Shown piece after piece: positions 15,136 to 30,707 of a stretch of DNA of 64,000 bases. This stretch comes from Blastocystis sp. Blastoise (taxonomy: Eukaryota; Protista; Bigyra: Opalinata): positions 496,001 to 560,000 of the forward strand of contig JBBPEB010000003.1 in the NCBI GenBank assembly GCA_039096225.1. The letters are read 5' to 3'. The notes below the pieces were generated by a model that was not told where the DNA came from, did not search any database, and saw nothing but the letters and a program-made list of their open reading frames with translations. The position numbers and the translations under genes are program-made. How positions within the stretch are numbered: the stretch's first letter is position 1; every line of letters starts with the position of its first letter.

Positions 15136-15706
15136 ATTATTTAATTTCACTATCCTTAGCTTATTATGATTTTTTATAAATAATATATTTTTGAATTATG
15201 AAGTTTTTTTATACTTTTAATTCAAATTATTTCATTTTTGTCTCCTTATTTACTTTTTTTTTAATATTATTTATGTATTTAAATAGAAATTGGTATAATT
15301 GATACTTGAAACTCATGATTCGTTATAAATAATGACTATTTTACTGTTTTCAAATAAAGAGGAAAAAAGCCACATTCAGATTCTTTCAGGTTTTTTTTTT
15401 TATAAAAACAAAAATCAAGTTAATAATAAGGATACATAAAACAAGAAATGACTGTTAAATAGTACACTAGAATTCGATAAAAGGTACCTAAAAAAAGAAT
15501 TAGGGGGCATATATAGTTATTGAAAAATAGAAAGTTTCCCCTTGTTTTTTTTATATTCTGTAATCAAAAAGTTGATATGAAAGAATCGCGGGAATCCTTG
15601 GATTGTCAGTGATTTTTTGTGAATCTCTATTCTACGACAAGAAACATTAGGTTATTTCTAAATACTATTGATATTTTCTTTCTAATTTTCCAATCTAAGA
15701 AATAAA

Positions 15707-16959
15707 ATGAAGAGTGCTGTATCTAAGACTTCTATGCTTCTTAAGCGTTGCATAAATGTCAATACTACAAGAGCATTATCTGGTTGTACTGCTGCTCCTC
15801 TTTACAAACATCAAAGCAATATGTCTATTGAAGAATTATTTAAGATTGATTCTTTAGATAAAGCTGATATGACTGTATTTATAAACAAATAATTATTTTT
15901 TTGTATTGAATCTTTTATTTTTTTTATTATTATTATTTAAATATTAATTTTTATATCATATCATTTATATGATAGATCTTCCCTCGTGAAAGACAAGGAC
16001 GTGATTGTGCTTTCAACTGGTCTCTTGCTGCTGATTACATTACTGTTTGGAATAATGCTTATAGAAATCCTTCTCTTAATGTATTACGTCAAAGTATTGA
16101 TGGAACTTTAGATGAAAACAAAAATGTTGTTTGTCAAAGAAATTATGCTAATAATTCTGAAGTTTCTTCTGCTATTGGTCGTTTTGATGATTTCCTTGGT
16201 GAAGTATATAAATTAATATATATATTAAAATAAATATTTATCATTATTTGATGTATATTTATGTTATTTGATGTATATTTATGTTATTTAGATTCCATAT
16301 ATATATATATATATATTTTAAATTATAAGTATATATAAATAGGTAAAAGATTATTTATCAGAAGTTCCTGATTTATTTGTTGAAGATGCTGGTGTTGGTT
16401 CTGCTCTTGATTCTCAATTAAAAGTAAGAATGATTACTAATGATTCTGCTACTGCTTATGCTTTCAAATCTATGTTTGTATATATATTTAGAGTTATTAT
16501 ATTCTATGATTATATTCATTATTATTATATTCTATGATTATATTTATTATTATTATATTCTATGATTATTATTCTATTATATATTATGTTTTATAGGAAA
16601 CATTACCTCTTCGTGAACCAATTGAATCTCGTAATCTTTCTATTTATATTGCTCGTGGATTAGATTGTGAACAACCTCTTTCTGTTATTGGTCAAGATGA
16701 TATTAATAAAACTATATCTATTGCTGTTGCTGGTGAAGTCTCTATTGAACATATTTTAGCTGATATAGCTAAAGCCGTTGATGGTATATATAATGTACCT
16801 GTAGCTGCTGATGCTCCTAAACCTACTATATCCAAATGCATTTTACCTTGTAGTTGTGTATATCTTAATAATGAACCTACTCTTATCTTTGGATTATGTG
16901 ATGAATGTACTTCTAAAGCTTTTGAAAATGGAAAACTGTATTTATTTATTTATTTTAGT

Positions 16960-16998
<39 letters not shown>

Positions 16999-17383
16999 TT
17001 TTATTAATTTTATATTTATATTTATTATTATAAGAAAACTATATATATATATATATTATAGTTATGGTTCTAAGAATATTGTTTTATCAAATGATCATAT
17101 ATCAAAATTATGGGGTGGTGCTATGATTCAATCTAATAATACTAAGAAGTCTATCAAACTTAATGATTTTGCATATAATCATCTTAAAACTGCTAATGCT
17201 GAAATCATTCCTAAACAAGTTCTTATTGTCTCTGATAACAATAAATATGTTAGTGAAGATGAATTTAAGAATTATTTAAAGGATAATCATTTCTCTGAAG
17301 ATATGACTGCTTTCATTACAAACACTCTTAAGAATGCTAAGATTGAAACAGTTACTCCTGAAAACTTAAAATCTCAACTTTAA
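15707..17383 (+). CDS. mitochondrion/MRO-targeted PEPCK(ATP)-like protein, probably non-catalytic
   Basis: Basic, Ser-rich N-terminal presequence. FPRERQGRDCAFNWSLA and VKDYLSEVPDLFVEDAGVGS...KVRMITN resemble the PEPCK N-terminal domain. No GLSGTGKT motif seen. Confidence 0.65.
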
Positions 17384-17691
17384 ATTTATATAACGACTAT
17401 TCTCTCAATTTCTTTTCTTTTTCGAATATTTTATTATCATTTTTTTTTTTAATTTTAATTATTTGCTACGTAATATAATATATCTTAAATACTTTTTTTT
17501 TGAAAACAGACATTTTAGTTATATTTAACAAATAATTTTACTACGTATTTTTAAAAACAATCAAATATTAAATAATTCCTATAACAAATAACATTTTTTT
17601 TTTGTTAAAAAAACTAGAAATAATTTATTTTATAAATCTATCTATTTACCAACTTTATTTTTTTTTTTTTAAATATAGATAAAACTAGAAT

Positions 17692-18217
17692 ATGGATAAT
17701 GAACAATTATATGCTATCACTCCCATCACTCATTGCATGCACGATGCTAAATGTGTTGTTCCAAATTGTTATTATAAATTGAAATCGATTTTTTCGACAA
17801 AAAATAATTGCCATTGTTGTAAATGTTACAAAACTGAGAATCTATGGATATGTTGTGGTTGTTTACAATTATTTTGTGGTCGTGATCAAAACCGACATAT
17901 GATAATACATGCTCAACTGACAGATCACACAATATGTTGTAGTGTAGAAGATCTCTCTTTCTGGTGTTTTGGTGAAACAGATGATTGTGTCGGTTGCGAC
18001 TATTATATCGATGAAGTATGATTTTTTTAAATATATATACATATATATATCAATATTTTAATACTCTATATTATACTATTTAATTAATATAGTTCACAAA
18101 TCCACATATTAATGAAATATATAGATATTTAATTGATGTATGCTATTTTTATTATTATTAATTCTATAATTCTATATATAGATACGTGAAAGTTTAGAAA
18201 ACGAAACAAAGGAATAA
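17692..18217 (+). CDS. small stand-alone zf-UBP (ubiquitin-binding zinc finger) protein, 3 exons
   Basis: C..C...ENLWICCGCLQLFCGRDQNRHMIIH...HTICCSVEDLSFWCF...CDYYI. TAA at 18215-18217. Confidence 0.85.
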
Positions 18218-18303
18218 TCAATTCTATTTATATAGAGACAAAACAAAATAAATAACATTTTTATATAAAAATATTTATTGTTTATATAATTAATAAATAA
18301 TTT

Positions 18304-18895
18304 TTATATATCATCATGATCTATAATGATAATATTTTTTGATGTATCTTTTGTAGGTACTTTATTTTGTTCTTGAACTTCTTCTTGTTGACTTTTAACG
18401 AATTCTTCTATATTTACAGCAGGTTTCATTTTAATAGACTCAATCTTTGCCTTCATTAATTCTTTTTCATCTGTAATTTCTGACTGTTCTTTTTGTTGCT
18501 TAGCTAATCGTTTCTTTTCCTTCTTTCTTCTTCGAAGATCAGCATTCTTTTTAGTTTTTGCTTCACATTCTTCCTTATTTTTTCGTATACGTTCTTCAAA
18601 TTCTCTTTGTTTCTCATCTTTTTCTTCCTCTTTCTTCATACTCTCTAAACGATCTAATTCAACATATTTTGCACGACGATAAATATCAAATGAAGAACTA
18701 TTCGCACCAGCTACACTACTGAAACGATTCTTCACTTTTTCTACTGCAAAGGCTGTTTTCAATTTTTCTTCATTTGTTTGTGGTGCTTGAGTTTGATTAC
18801 CTGTTGGAATAAATCTGGAACGATCACTTACTACATAAAACTTATTTACTATAATCTATTAATATTCACTTACTTGGATAATCAGGTCTTGACAT
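18304..18895 (-). CDS. PRKRIP1: PRKR-interacting protein 1 homologue (DUF1168, spliceosome-associated)
   Basis: SSVAGANSSSFDIYRRAKYVELDRL followed by a charged helix (EEC...KTKKNADLRRRKK). One short intron near the 5' end. Confidence 0.8.
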
Positions 18896-19154
18896 TGGTA
18901 AAGTTATTTAATATTTAATAAATAATTCAAATAATCACAAATTTCTCACTTGGATTCTGTCAGAAAAACTATTTTTCAGTGATTTTTTTTTTACTTTTTA
19001 AATATTTAAATATCTTTGCTTCTTATTGAATTAACAAGATGATTTATATTTGCAATCCAATTTAAGTGTATAAAGAAGCAACAAAATGATTAAAAAGTAA
19101 AGAATTATTAATTATAAAAAAGAAAATAAAATCTGTGAGAAATAGAATGAATCT

Positions 19155-22100
19155 TTAAAATCTTCCTTCAATATCTGCTTCTGTTTGTCTTTCAAAATAG
19201 GTAACTAATTCACAATGAGTTGTATAAGGGAATAAATCAATAGGCTTTGATTTTATAGGTTTAAAGGGTGTTCCTGGATATGTACGAGTTGGAGGTATAC
19301 AAAGATCACCTATAGAGAATATATATATATATAGACAATGTATATATAGAATTTAGTTCATAGTATTGTTAATAATAAGAGAGAAATCGTTTTTTTAAAA
19401 TAAGAATAAGAGTATTAATCAATATATATATATACATAAGTTATCAATGAATGTTCCAGTAGGATTACACGAAATATATATAATGGAATGAACTAAAGGA
19501 GAACGACGAAGAGCACTAGATATATATATGTTATATTAATCTAAGTATATATATAGAAAAAAATTAAAAAATAAAAGAAATATAAAATAGTTATATAAAC
19601 CATAATATATATATTTATATAGAAACAATAAAAAAAATTTAAAAAAATAAATAGATTTATATATATAACTATAATATATACGTAATAACATCTCTATGGA
19701 GACCACCACGAGGAGGATCAACAATAGCTATTATATTATCATAATCTATATATATATATATATAATAAAGATATAATGTTAAATAATAAAAAATATATAT
19801 ACTACTAATATCAGGTCGTTTAAGTAAATTGCTTAAAACTTTTTCAGCTGGAGATGCAATCCATTCAGTAGTTTCTTCAGCATGATTTTCACGTGCATTT
19901 TCACGTGCATCTAATACAGCAGATTCACAGATTTCAATACCAATGACCTATAATAAACATATATATATAATAATAATAATAATAATAGTTATAAATTCTA
20001 TACTAATAATGGTCTTTATATAAATAATAAATCTATATATATATATATATATACTTTATCTACTTTATCTGCTAGACATAATCCGATAGTACCTGTACCA
20101 CAACAAACATCCAATAATAACGTTTTTCCTTCAGGAATACACCAATCACCTACTAAATTATACATTGCTTCTGCAGCTTTCGAATTTACCTATATTTATT
20201 ATATTATTTATTTGTTATATTATTATTTATTATATTATTTATTATATTATTAATTTAGTTATATTTACTATTAATTATTAATTAATTATTTATTATTTAT
20301 ATTTACACTAAAAATCTTTAATATTATTATTTATAATAAGAATTATATACTTGGAAAAAGGCATCAGGTGAAATATGGAAGAATTTTCCACATAATTGTT
20401 CTGTTAAATATAAATCCCCGTAAATATGTTGAGGTTTTTCATCAGGTCTTGGAGCAGAAACACTGGAAAAACTATAAATATATACAAATATATAAAAGAG
20501 AAGAATTATATATAAAAATAGTCTTAATACTATAATAATATAGAAAACAATATAATACTATATATATACTCTTGATAATATAAACTAGTGACTTTATAAG
20601 TATGATTCTCTTTATTACTTTCCGTAATAATATGATTCTTAATCTCATCTAATTCTGTCTGAATAAGCATAGCATCTTGATCTTTACTCTTATACTTTAT
20701 AGATAATAATAAAGTATTTGTATATTTCGATTCTCGAATTAATATACTTCTCCAAAAACCGGTTGCTGATACTAAATCATATCTATATAGAATTATATAT
20801 ATATAATAATAATAAATATATAATAAATATATAAATAATAATTTATATATATATATATATATATATAGTATACACGGGTAATTTAGAATTAGTAATAAAA
20901 TCATCAATATAATGTAATAAAGAAAGAATAGGAGCTGATATAAAAGGAACTTCACTATATATATATATATATATTATATATAATTATTTCGAATATATAT
21001 ATATATATATATACTAAGGAGATTCAACAGTAATATTTCCTTCTTTATATAAGCCAACTCTAAATCCAACACATCGTTTATTTTCTTTATTCATACCTAC
21101 AGTAAATTCAAGTTTATTTCTATATCCTTGTAAAGATGGAGATGGAAGTATAGACTCAAGAGGACATATTAAACTACTTGTAGGACGTAAAAAAGAGGGA
21201 AATAATTGTAAATATTCACCACCCCAATCTCTTCCATCTTTTGATACTATTTATATATATTATTTAATATATATATATATATGTTTATAATATTATTTAA
21301 TATATATATACCATTCATTCCTTCTTCTTCATTATTATTGTCTTCTTCTAATTTTTGTTTTATTTCTTTTTCTTTTTCTCTTTCTTCTTCTTCTTTCTTT
21401 TTGATTTCTTCTTCTTCTTTCTTTAACATTTCTTCTACATTAACACTTGGATCTACATGAACAAATTTACATTTATCACCATATTTACAACTTCCAGTTT
21501 CATGATATTCATGACATATACGTTTTGGCTTTATATGTACTTTTGGTACTTTTGGTACTTTAGGACCTTCTAATCTATATATATATATATTGATTATAAT
21601 AATAATAATAATAATTATTATTATTATTATTATTATTATATAAAATTATTTCATATAAGTAATTTAAATATATATATATATACTTAGCTTGTTCTTCTTT
21701 TAAAGGTATAGATAATCCTAATACTTTATCATATTTCTTTCTTAATCGTCTACAACTCTTTGTTAATACAGTAGCCATATCTTTCTCTTTAAAAGAAAGT
21801 TGCTCTTCATAAGGCTTATTCGCCCAAGGAGCTGTTGCTTCTATAACATTATGACTCTCTATAACTATATATATATATATTGTTATATATATAGTATAAT
21901 AAAACAATTTTTTTTAACATAAACAAATATACATTCTTCTTCATCATTATTTATATTATTATTATTTTCTACTTCTTTTTCTGAACACAATTTCTTTGCT
22001 ATTGTTTTTTCTTCTTCTACAGATTGATATTTTCTTTTATTTGTCTTTGGTTGAAGAGGATTTGCCTATAGATTATATATATATATATACATCATCTATA

Positions 22101-22441
22101 CAAGAATCAATAAATCTAAAACATATTTCATATAAATATAGATATCATACTTCTCCAACAATAAGTTTCTTTCCTTTATATTCTAATGTTTCAATAACTT
22201 TACGAGCAGCTTCCTTTTCTTCAAGATTCTCAAAAATTACAAATCCAAACATCTTATCCTTAGTCTTTTGTACATTCTTATATTTAACATTATTTTGATC
22301 CAAAAATGTCATAATCTCTTGTTTCTTAACCCATTTACCGATGTTCGATAAGCATAACTTCATAGAATCAGTTTCTTGAAAACGATCAGCAATACGTTCT
22401 TGAGTTGTTTGCTCATGATTATCATTAACTTCTGTTTCCAT
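19155..22441 (-). CDS. TRMT2A: tRNA (uracil-5-)-methyltransferase (RRM, CCCH zinc finger, SAM domain)
   Basis: N-terminal RRM, APWANKPYEEQL, GYRNKLEFTVG, FHISPDAFFQVN, LLDVCCGTGTIG, AIVDPPRGGLH, IYISCNP, PIDLFPYTTHCEL. Confidence 0.93.
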
Positions 22442-22886
22442 AGTTATATGTAAATATTTTATTGATTAATAATAAAAAATAAATCTAAAAGAAACAATTC
22501 TTTAAAAAAAAATCTCATTTAACTATTTTTGAATGGCCTCTGTAAATGTTTATATTAACATGGGAAATACAAAAAAATTAAAATTTGTCTTAAAAAAAAC
22601 ATTATTCTCATTTCTTAACTCACCTATTCACTTTTGAACAAAATAATATAGTAAGATAAGTTAATAGTAAGAAGATCAATACGAAAAATAGAAAAACAAA
22701 CATGGAAAAACAAATAAAATGAATGATAATATAAAATATTATTATAAAATATTTAAAACAAAGAATCATATGTATGTATATAAACCTGATTTTAATAAAA
22801 TACATCATAATATTCAATAAAAATTATAAAATGGTTAAAAGTAATGATAAGAATATTAAAAATATATAAGTATACAAGAAATATGC

Positions 22887-23416
22887 TTAATTCTTTAAAG
22901 AATTAATTTTTTGTAATACTTGTTCAGCAATTTCTGCAGAACTAAAGCGAATAAGAGCCTTAATAAGATTTCCATTTAGCATAGAAGTAAACATAATACC
23001 AGTTTTATGAGATAAAGTAGCTTCAAATTGAGGACTAATACGATTTGTAATAACAACACGACCTCCTGGAATAACAAAACTAATAATATAAACAGGTTGA
23101 TCCCTATAGATAATAATAGAATAGAAATATAATGATTATTATATTCTAATGATTATTTAATTCTATTCTTTTAATAATTTATTATTCTATTTACAATGAT
23201 AATAATTATAAATAAATAGTATTATATATACTTAAAATGTTCAATCTTAAGCCATCCTCTTCCTTGAGGGTCCCATGAAGCAGAAGGACCTTTAGTGTTT
23301 AATATAAATAACTTACCACTAAAATCACAGTCAGAAATAACATTATCAGCACTCTTTGGACATTGACTCTTATTTTCATCACAAGTTAATTGACTATCGG
23401 CATTAGAAGATGATGG

Positions 23417-23458
<42 letters not shown>

Positions 23459-24493
23459 AGTGTTATTTGAAGCTATAGGATTGACAGCAGGTGTGAATAC
23501 GGAAGATTTAGTTGAACCAAAAGGATTTGTAGAAACAGTAGTCGTAGTAGTAGAGACAGAAACTATTATTATTATTATTAATATATATATATATATATTG
23601 ATATAGTAATAAAAATTAAAAATATATATAATATAAATAAAATAAATAATTATAAAATATAAATGACTAATTAATAATAAAAACAAATAGATACTATTTT
23701 TACCAAATTGGAAAGGGGATATTGATTTTGTAGAATTATTGGTATCATTAGGAGTAAAAGTAGTTTTCATAGTATTATTAACAGTAGTAGATTTATTAGT
23801 ATCATTAAGAGAAGGGAAATCTTGAAGAGGATAATTGGAGAGAGAATGAGGAGGACTAAATTTATATACAGAAGGAATAGTATTATCAAAATGAATAGTA
23901 TCTAATGATTCCTTAGGAAGAAGAGGAGCAGGTAAAGGATCAAATGTATATGAAGTAGTAGTAGGTAAAGAAAAAGGAGATTTTGAAGAAGTATTATTGG
24001 TATTCATCGGCTTAAAAATAGAAGAAGATGAAGTAGGTTGAACAATAGTATTACTAGTGATACTAGAAGGAACAGTAATAGTATTATTAATACTAGAAGC
24101 AGTCATTGGAGTCCATGTCGATGAAGGTAATGTAGTTTTAGATAAATTAGTATTAACAGTTGAATCCTTATTAAAATTATTTGAAGCAAATATAGAATCG
24201 GCATGATTTATAGCAATATTATTATTATTATTGTTAGTAGTAGTAGTATTAGAAGTATTATTCAAAGTAGGTAAAGTATTCATAGTTGCTATAGTAGAAT
24301 TAAAAGAAGCAGGCTTAAAAGAAGAAGTTGAAGATGTAGATGGTAATTTAAACTGATTTGTTTCAGGTGTTATAACTCTGTATAGTTTTATAAATATAAA
24401 AGTATGAATTATTAATTATAAAAACATATATATATATATAGAATTGATTATTTAAACATAATAATAAATATAGAATATGTATATATATATATA

Positions 24494-24527
<34 letters not shown>

Positions 24528-26311
24528 TTCATCTATAATATATACGGAGTAAAATCAAGTGTTGGAGTACTTTGTAAAGAAGATACATGAGTGGGAAATG
24601 TATTGAGTGGCTTAGTATCTTGATTTAGTGATTTAGCTGTATCTAAAGAAGTATATATATTTGATTTAGTAGAATTAAGAGTAGAAAATCCATTATTATT
24701 ATTATTTGTAGTAGTAGTAGTATTTTTATTTGTATTAAACATACTATTAGTAGTAGAAGGAGGAGGGAGAGTAAGAGTAGGAAGAGCAGTATTAGGAAGA
24801 GTAGCAGTAGTAGTAGTAGTAGCTGTAGTAGTAGGAAGAGTAGATGGAACACTACTAGTAGCAGGAAGCGAATTAAATGAAGTAGTAGTAGATGGAACAG
24901 TTGTAGGAAGAGTATTTAATGTAACTTTAGGAATAGTATTTCCACTATTTGTAGAAGTATTAGGAATAGATGTAGTTGTAGGAAGAGTATTCAATGTATT
25001 AGTAGAAGGTGTATTTAATGTATTAGTAGAATGATTATTTAAAGTATCTGAAGAATCACGATACATACGTTTAGATGAATAATTCTCATTATTTTGAGTA
25101 GAAGGGAAAGAAATCAAACTCTTAATAATATCTTTTTCAGTACCATTCGTTTTCTTTTCAACAGCTTCATAAGGATGCTCTTTTATTCTTTGAACATAAT
25201 TATCTATTTTTTCAGATAAATTTTGATTCGTAGTAGACTTAATAGCATCAGAAGAAGTAGCTGGAACAATCTTATTCTTTTCTTCAGCTAATTTTCGTTC
25301 ATATTCAATTAATGCTGGTGATACTGCAGTAACATTTGTATTCCCATAATGAGCTCTCTTTGAAGTACTAGACTTATGATGATGATGACTTAATGAAGGT
25401 TTGTTCATATTATTAGAAGTAGATGAAGTAGTAGCATTATTATCATTCATAGCGGAAAACATTTGTAATTGTTGTCTATAGACTTCTTCTTGTTGAATAG
25501 CATTTAATAATTGAGGTGTAGCTGGATTCACAGAAGGAAAGAAGGAAGGAACAGTATAAGCATTATAATAAGGTATACTCGATTGTATAGAAGAAGGTCT
25601 TGGTAAAGAATCCTTTCTATTCAAACGAACTGTCTCATCTATTATTTTCTGACGATCTTTCATTTCATTAGAAGTCAAAGGTGTCAATTTATAACCATAT
25701 ACTAAATTTGTTAAATATATATACTCCTATAAATACATAATTCATAGGTGTAAAATACTTTTTATACTAATCAAAATATAATTAAATAATACATTCATTA
25801 TTTATATTCTCATAATATATATATATAAATACCATCGAAGTTTTTCTCCAATCAGAATAAGGATTTAATATAGACTCTGAATTAACCCATTCTTTGAATT
25901 GCTGATTTAAAATTGATATGCAACTATAGAATAGTTGAAATTGATATTGAACATAATAATTAATCATACCGTAATTGCTCAGGTGTCAAAGGGTAGTCTT
26001 TTTTCTCAGGATGAGGTAACGCTATAATTAAATTAGAGATAGATAATAAATTATAACGCAGATATACTTTTAGGAACATTTCCAACTTCAACATCTTTGT
26101 TAGAAGGAACAGTACCACGTTCAGCATTATTATGAAAACCAAAATAAGAGCTTCTGTGGTTTTCATTATCGCTTGTGTTCGTGCTATTTGTTGGGTATCC
26201 AATGATACGTTTTACCATATCAACAAGAGACTGGCCAAATGATTGATTCTGAGAATCACTATCATTGTTCAAGGAACTAGTCTCATCGAAAGCGTGAGTG
26301 CGTTTTGACAT
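22887..26311 (-). CDS. NUP50: Nup50-like nucleoporin (Nup50-type helical motif, S/T-rich linker with sparse FG, C-terminal Ran-binding/PH-like domain)
   Basis: LNQQFKEWVNSESILNPYSDW, several FG/F motifs, then KLFILN...WDPQGRGWLKI...LIRFSSAEIAEQV. Confidence 0.6.
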
Positions 26312-26732
26312 TTCTATAAACTTAAGCAACTGTCAGAAACCTATAGCAATTGCTAGAATAAACTGATGACTTTTTGAAAACACTCCCTTTGATAAAAACT
26401 TCTGTGGAGAATTAAGTTATTTTCAACATGTGCTGAAAATTGTTTTCGTTTGTTTCTATTTTTATTTATATTCAACAAAAATCATTCCTTTGAAACGAAA
26501 TTCATATTTATGCATATTGGAGATGTAAATAATAAATGATTAATAAAAGTGTGTGAAGTTTAGAAATAGAGATATATATGATAATGTGTAAAATAGATAT
26601 AAAATGATACTTTTGATGTGTATAATAAATATATATGATTTGATTTTATATAGGATATAGTTTAGAATATAATATAAATTGAAAATAGCAATTAATGAAG
26701 TGTTATCCATAAAAAAAAAATAAAAATAAGAA

Positions 26733-29371
26733 TTATTGTATGATTTTAGAGATAGAGAATAATGGATAGATCCATAGAAGATGAATGAGAGTGGCGATTT
26801 GGAAAAAGAATATAGATTTGAGAATATATGAATAAGAAGAAGAATGAATATTGTTATTGATATCATTTAATATATTTTTATCTTTATTCCAAATTATTTC
26901 TCCATTAGAATTAATTGGTATTTCACAACTATATTAGAATAAATAAATAAATAAATAATAATATCATTTAAAATATATATAAATACATGAATAGATTTCC
27001 AGATAATTGTTTATAGAAGAAACATTTGAATGATTCGATATAGAAATATCTTGATATATTGATAATTAACCAAATAAGAAGAGACATCGAATATAATAAT
27101 ATATAGGAATGAAGAAACCATTCACTTTTACATGTTGTTTCTTTAGATATACTATATATAATAAATATATATAATAAATATATATATATATATACGTATA
27201 TAAAGGATGTTTATTAGGTCCTTCACATTGAAGATTACAAGAAGGAATTTTAGAACAATTATATATATTATTAGTATCAAGAGATAGAGATGATGATGAA
27301 GATGAAGATAAAATAAAAGAAGAAGAAGAAGAAGAAATATTTCTCATATAATTACAAAATGAAATATCATTTCTATTAAAAATATATATTTAATTATTAT
27401 TATATAATATATAATATACTCACATAAGATATTTATATTTGTACAATTAGTAAGAGATTCAATTAAATGCTTATCATAAGATAACCAATATATATATTCA
27501 TCATATATTTCTATTATTATTATTATTATTATTATAAAATAAAATATATACGAATATCTTTAATATGTTGTTCTTCTGTTAAAGATTCCCAATAATCACA
27601 ATATTGTTTTTGAGTCTTCTTATAATATGTTAAACCCTATAGAATAATAATAATAATAATATAAATAAAAATACAGATTGTTCTGCTAATGTTCCTTTTA
27701 TAGTTGCATAATTATAACTGAAAGAATAAACATTACGACTTATTGAATCACCTTCTACTGTATTATATACACAACCATTCAAGAAATCATTCAAAAATGG
27801 AATATATAACATTATTAAACCAAATAATATCAATATACTATCATTTATTAAATATTATAATATTTTAAATATATTTATATACATAATAATGAATATTAAT
27901 AAAATAGGAATTGAATAAGGAATTAATAACATTAAGATCTTTGTTAATATAGTATTATTACAATCATTCATCTTATTTAAAATATTTTCATTATATAAAG
28001 ATATTACTTTTATATTTACATTTCCTTTTATTAAAATCTTATTTATTATCTAAAATATATATATATATATATATATATTATTAAAATACTTGAATTATCT
28101 TTATTATTCTATATATTATATCTATATAGCAAGCTAATGATATTATAGAATCTATATTTGATAAAATATCTGAAATATTAAAACTAAGACCTATTTATAT
28201 ATATTATTATTATTATTATTATTATTATACTATTTATATATACCTTCATAATCTTCAGTATCCCATTTTGTTATTATTGTTTCTAATAATGTATTATATA
28301 CACTATTAAATGTAGATTGTATTGTATTTCCAAATTTTATACTATATTTATATATAATAATTAATTAATTAATAATATATTAAAATATACGTTGATGTTT
28401 GAATAGTATTTGAAATATTTTGCATTGTATTCCAAGTATTTTCTATATATTGTTTCGATTCTTCTTGAAATTCTTCAAATATTGTATTATTCAAATTAGG
28501 AGGAGAATAATCATCAAAGAAATCGATTATAGAAGAAAAAGAAGAACTATATTCATAAAGAAATAATCTTGTTTTCTCTTCAAATTCATTTATCCTATTA
28601 ATATATATTTCTTGTGTTTCTTCTAATATAGGTATTAAACTTGAATATATTATTGATAATTCTATATATATATATATATATAATTATTATTATATATAAA
28701 ATACCAGGTAATTGTATTTGTGGAAATATAGGAATCGAAAGAGAAGGTAAAGAAAGAGAAGGAAGTGGACCTAAATCAATACCTGCATTCAATAAATCTT
28801 CATGAAATCGATCAATTGTATTATATAAGGATTGAATATTATCTATTAAAGATATTATTTTTATTTTATAACTATCTATTCTATCTTCTAAAAGACTATA
28901 TATATATTTTTATTATTATTATTATATTCATAATAATAATAATATATATATATATACTTATAAGTTAAAGATGCATCTTCCCATTGATTTCTAATAGATT
29001 CTTTTATATTATATAATATACTATATAATCCATTATTATTAGAACACTTCTCATTTATAGTTATACATTCACTTATTTCAGTTATATTTAATACTATATA
29101 TATATTATATTAATATATATTCTATATACATTTTATAGAATTATATAATTGATTAAAATGATCTTCTAATAAATTTATAAAAGTTGAATTTATTGAATAT
29201 AATTGGTTTTGTTTCATTGTAAAATATATAGAATCATATTCTATTCTATATATATATATAATTTATAAAAAAAGAAATAATTCTTTTAAAATAAATAAAT
29301 ACCTTTTATTCATAGATTCAATCATCTTTTTAAATAATATTTCATTCTGAGAAACATATTCAACTGTTATC

Positions 29372-29405
<34 letters not shown>

Positions 29406-29752
29406 TTTTCAATTACATTATAAGTAGAACTCATTATTATAGAAGAAGGATCAATTAAATATTTTAATTCATTAATATCATTAATATTACATTTTGAATT
29501 TATATCATAAGGATATCCTTCTTTATTTAATGTTATATATTTTGATATATATTCTTTTATTATTTCTATTCTATATTATAATAATAATAATAATTATTAT
29601 TATTATTATTATTATATATATATATACGTTTTATTATAATATTGTACTTGAATATCTAAATCTTTCAATAAAGAATTATTTCTTTCAAATATTTCATTTA
29701 CACGATTTGATTCTTCAATAGCTTCTTTATGCATTGTATCATTACATCTCTT

Positions 29753-29784
<32 letters not shown>

Positions 29785-30139
29785 TATATATAAATACTCG
29801 TATTGAAGTCTTTATACAAGCTTCAAAAGAATCACTTTGCTTCTTTGTATTCTCTATTAAAAACTATATATTCTATTCTATTCTATTCTATTCTATTCTA
29901 TATACTTGTATTGAATCCATTACATCTATTATATTTGGTTTTTTAATACTTATTTCACATATTTTTCGACACATAGATAAAGTACTACATAACATCAATA
30001 TACATGATAATATCACTAATAAAATCTTCCATATATATTCTTCATTCTTCTTATTATCTTTTGATGAAATTTCTAAAGGAAACACAACACAATTACCAAC
30101 TTGACTAATGTCATCAAACATTCTACTCATTGTATTCAT
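26733..30139 (-). CDS. uncharacterised multi-pass membrane protein with large Cys-containing loops, many short exons
   Basis: Hydrophobic segments near the N-terminus, middle and C-terminus. Exons are flanked by GT/AG. Not every junction was verified and no family was recognised. Confidence 0.55.
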
Positions 30140-30707
30140 TCATTAAATTAATATATATCTATTATTAAACATATAGAAATATATATTCATTCATTATATA
30201 TTATATATTTATAAAAAAGAAGAAGAAGAAAAATGAAAACGTGACACAAAAAATATTTTTTTGTATTTTTTTATATTTTCTCTTGTTTTCTATAAACATT
30301 TATAAATAATCAAAAAATTTATTTATTTATTTATTTTCTTTCTTACTAACTATTCTTTTTTTTTTAATTTTATATTTATTCATTTTTATTTACATTATAT
30401 ATCATTTTATTCATTTATTCTATTCTTTATACTTTTTTATAATATAAAATATTTTTAAAAATAAATTATTTTATTTATATTCATTTTACATTTTTAATTC
30501 ACATGAAATCAAATATAGAATACAAATCATCAACAAAAATCATTTCATCTCATTTATAATCCAACAAATAATCAATCATTTAAGAAAAGAAAACTATTTT
30601 CTTGAGAGTTATTTTCATCTTTCATTCTTATTTTAAAATGAATTCTATTATTTAAAGAAAAATATTCTTATACATCTTAAATATCATATATATATCAATC
30701 TATTAAC

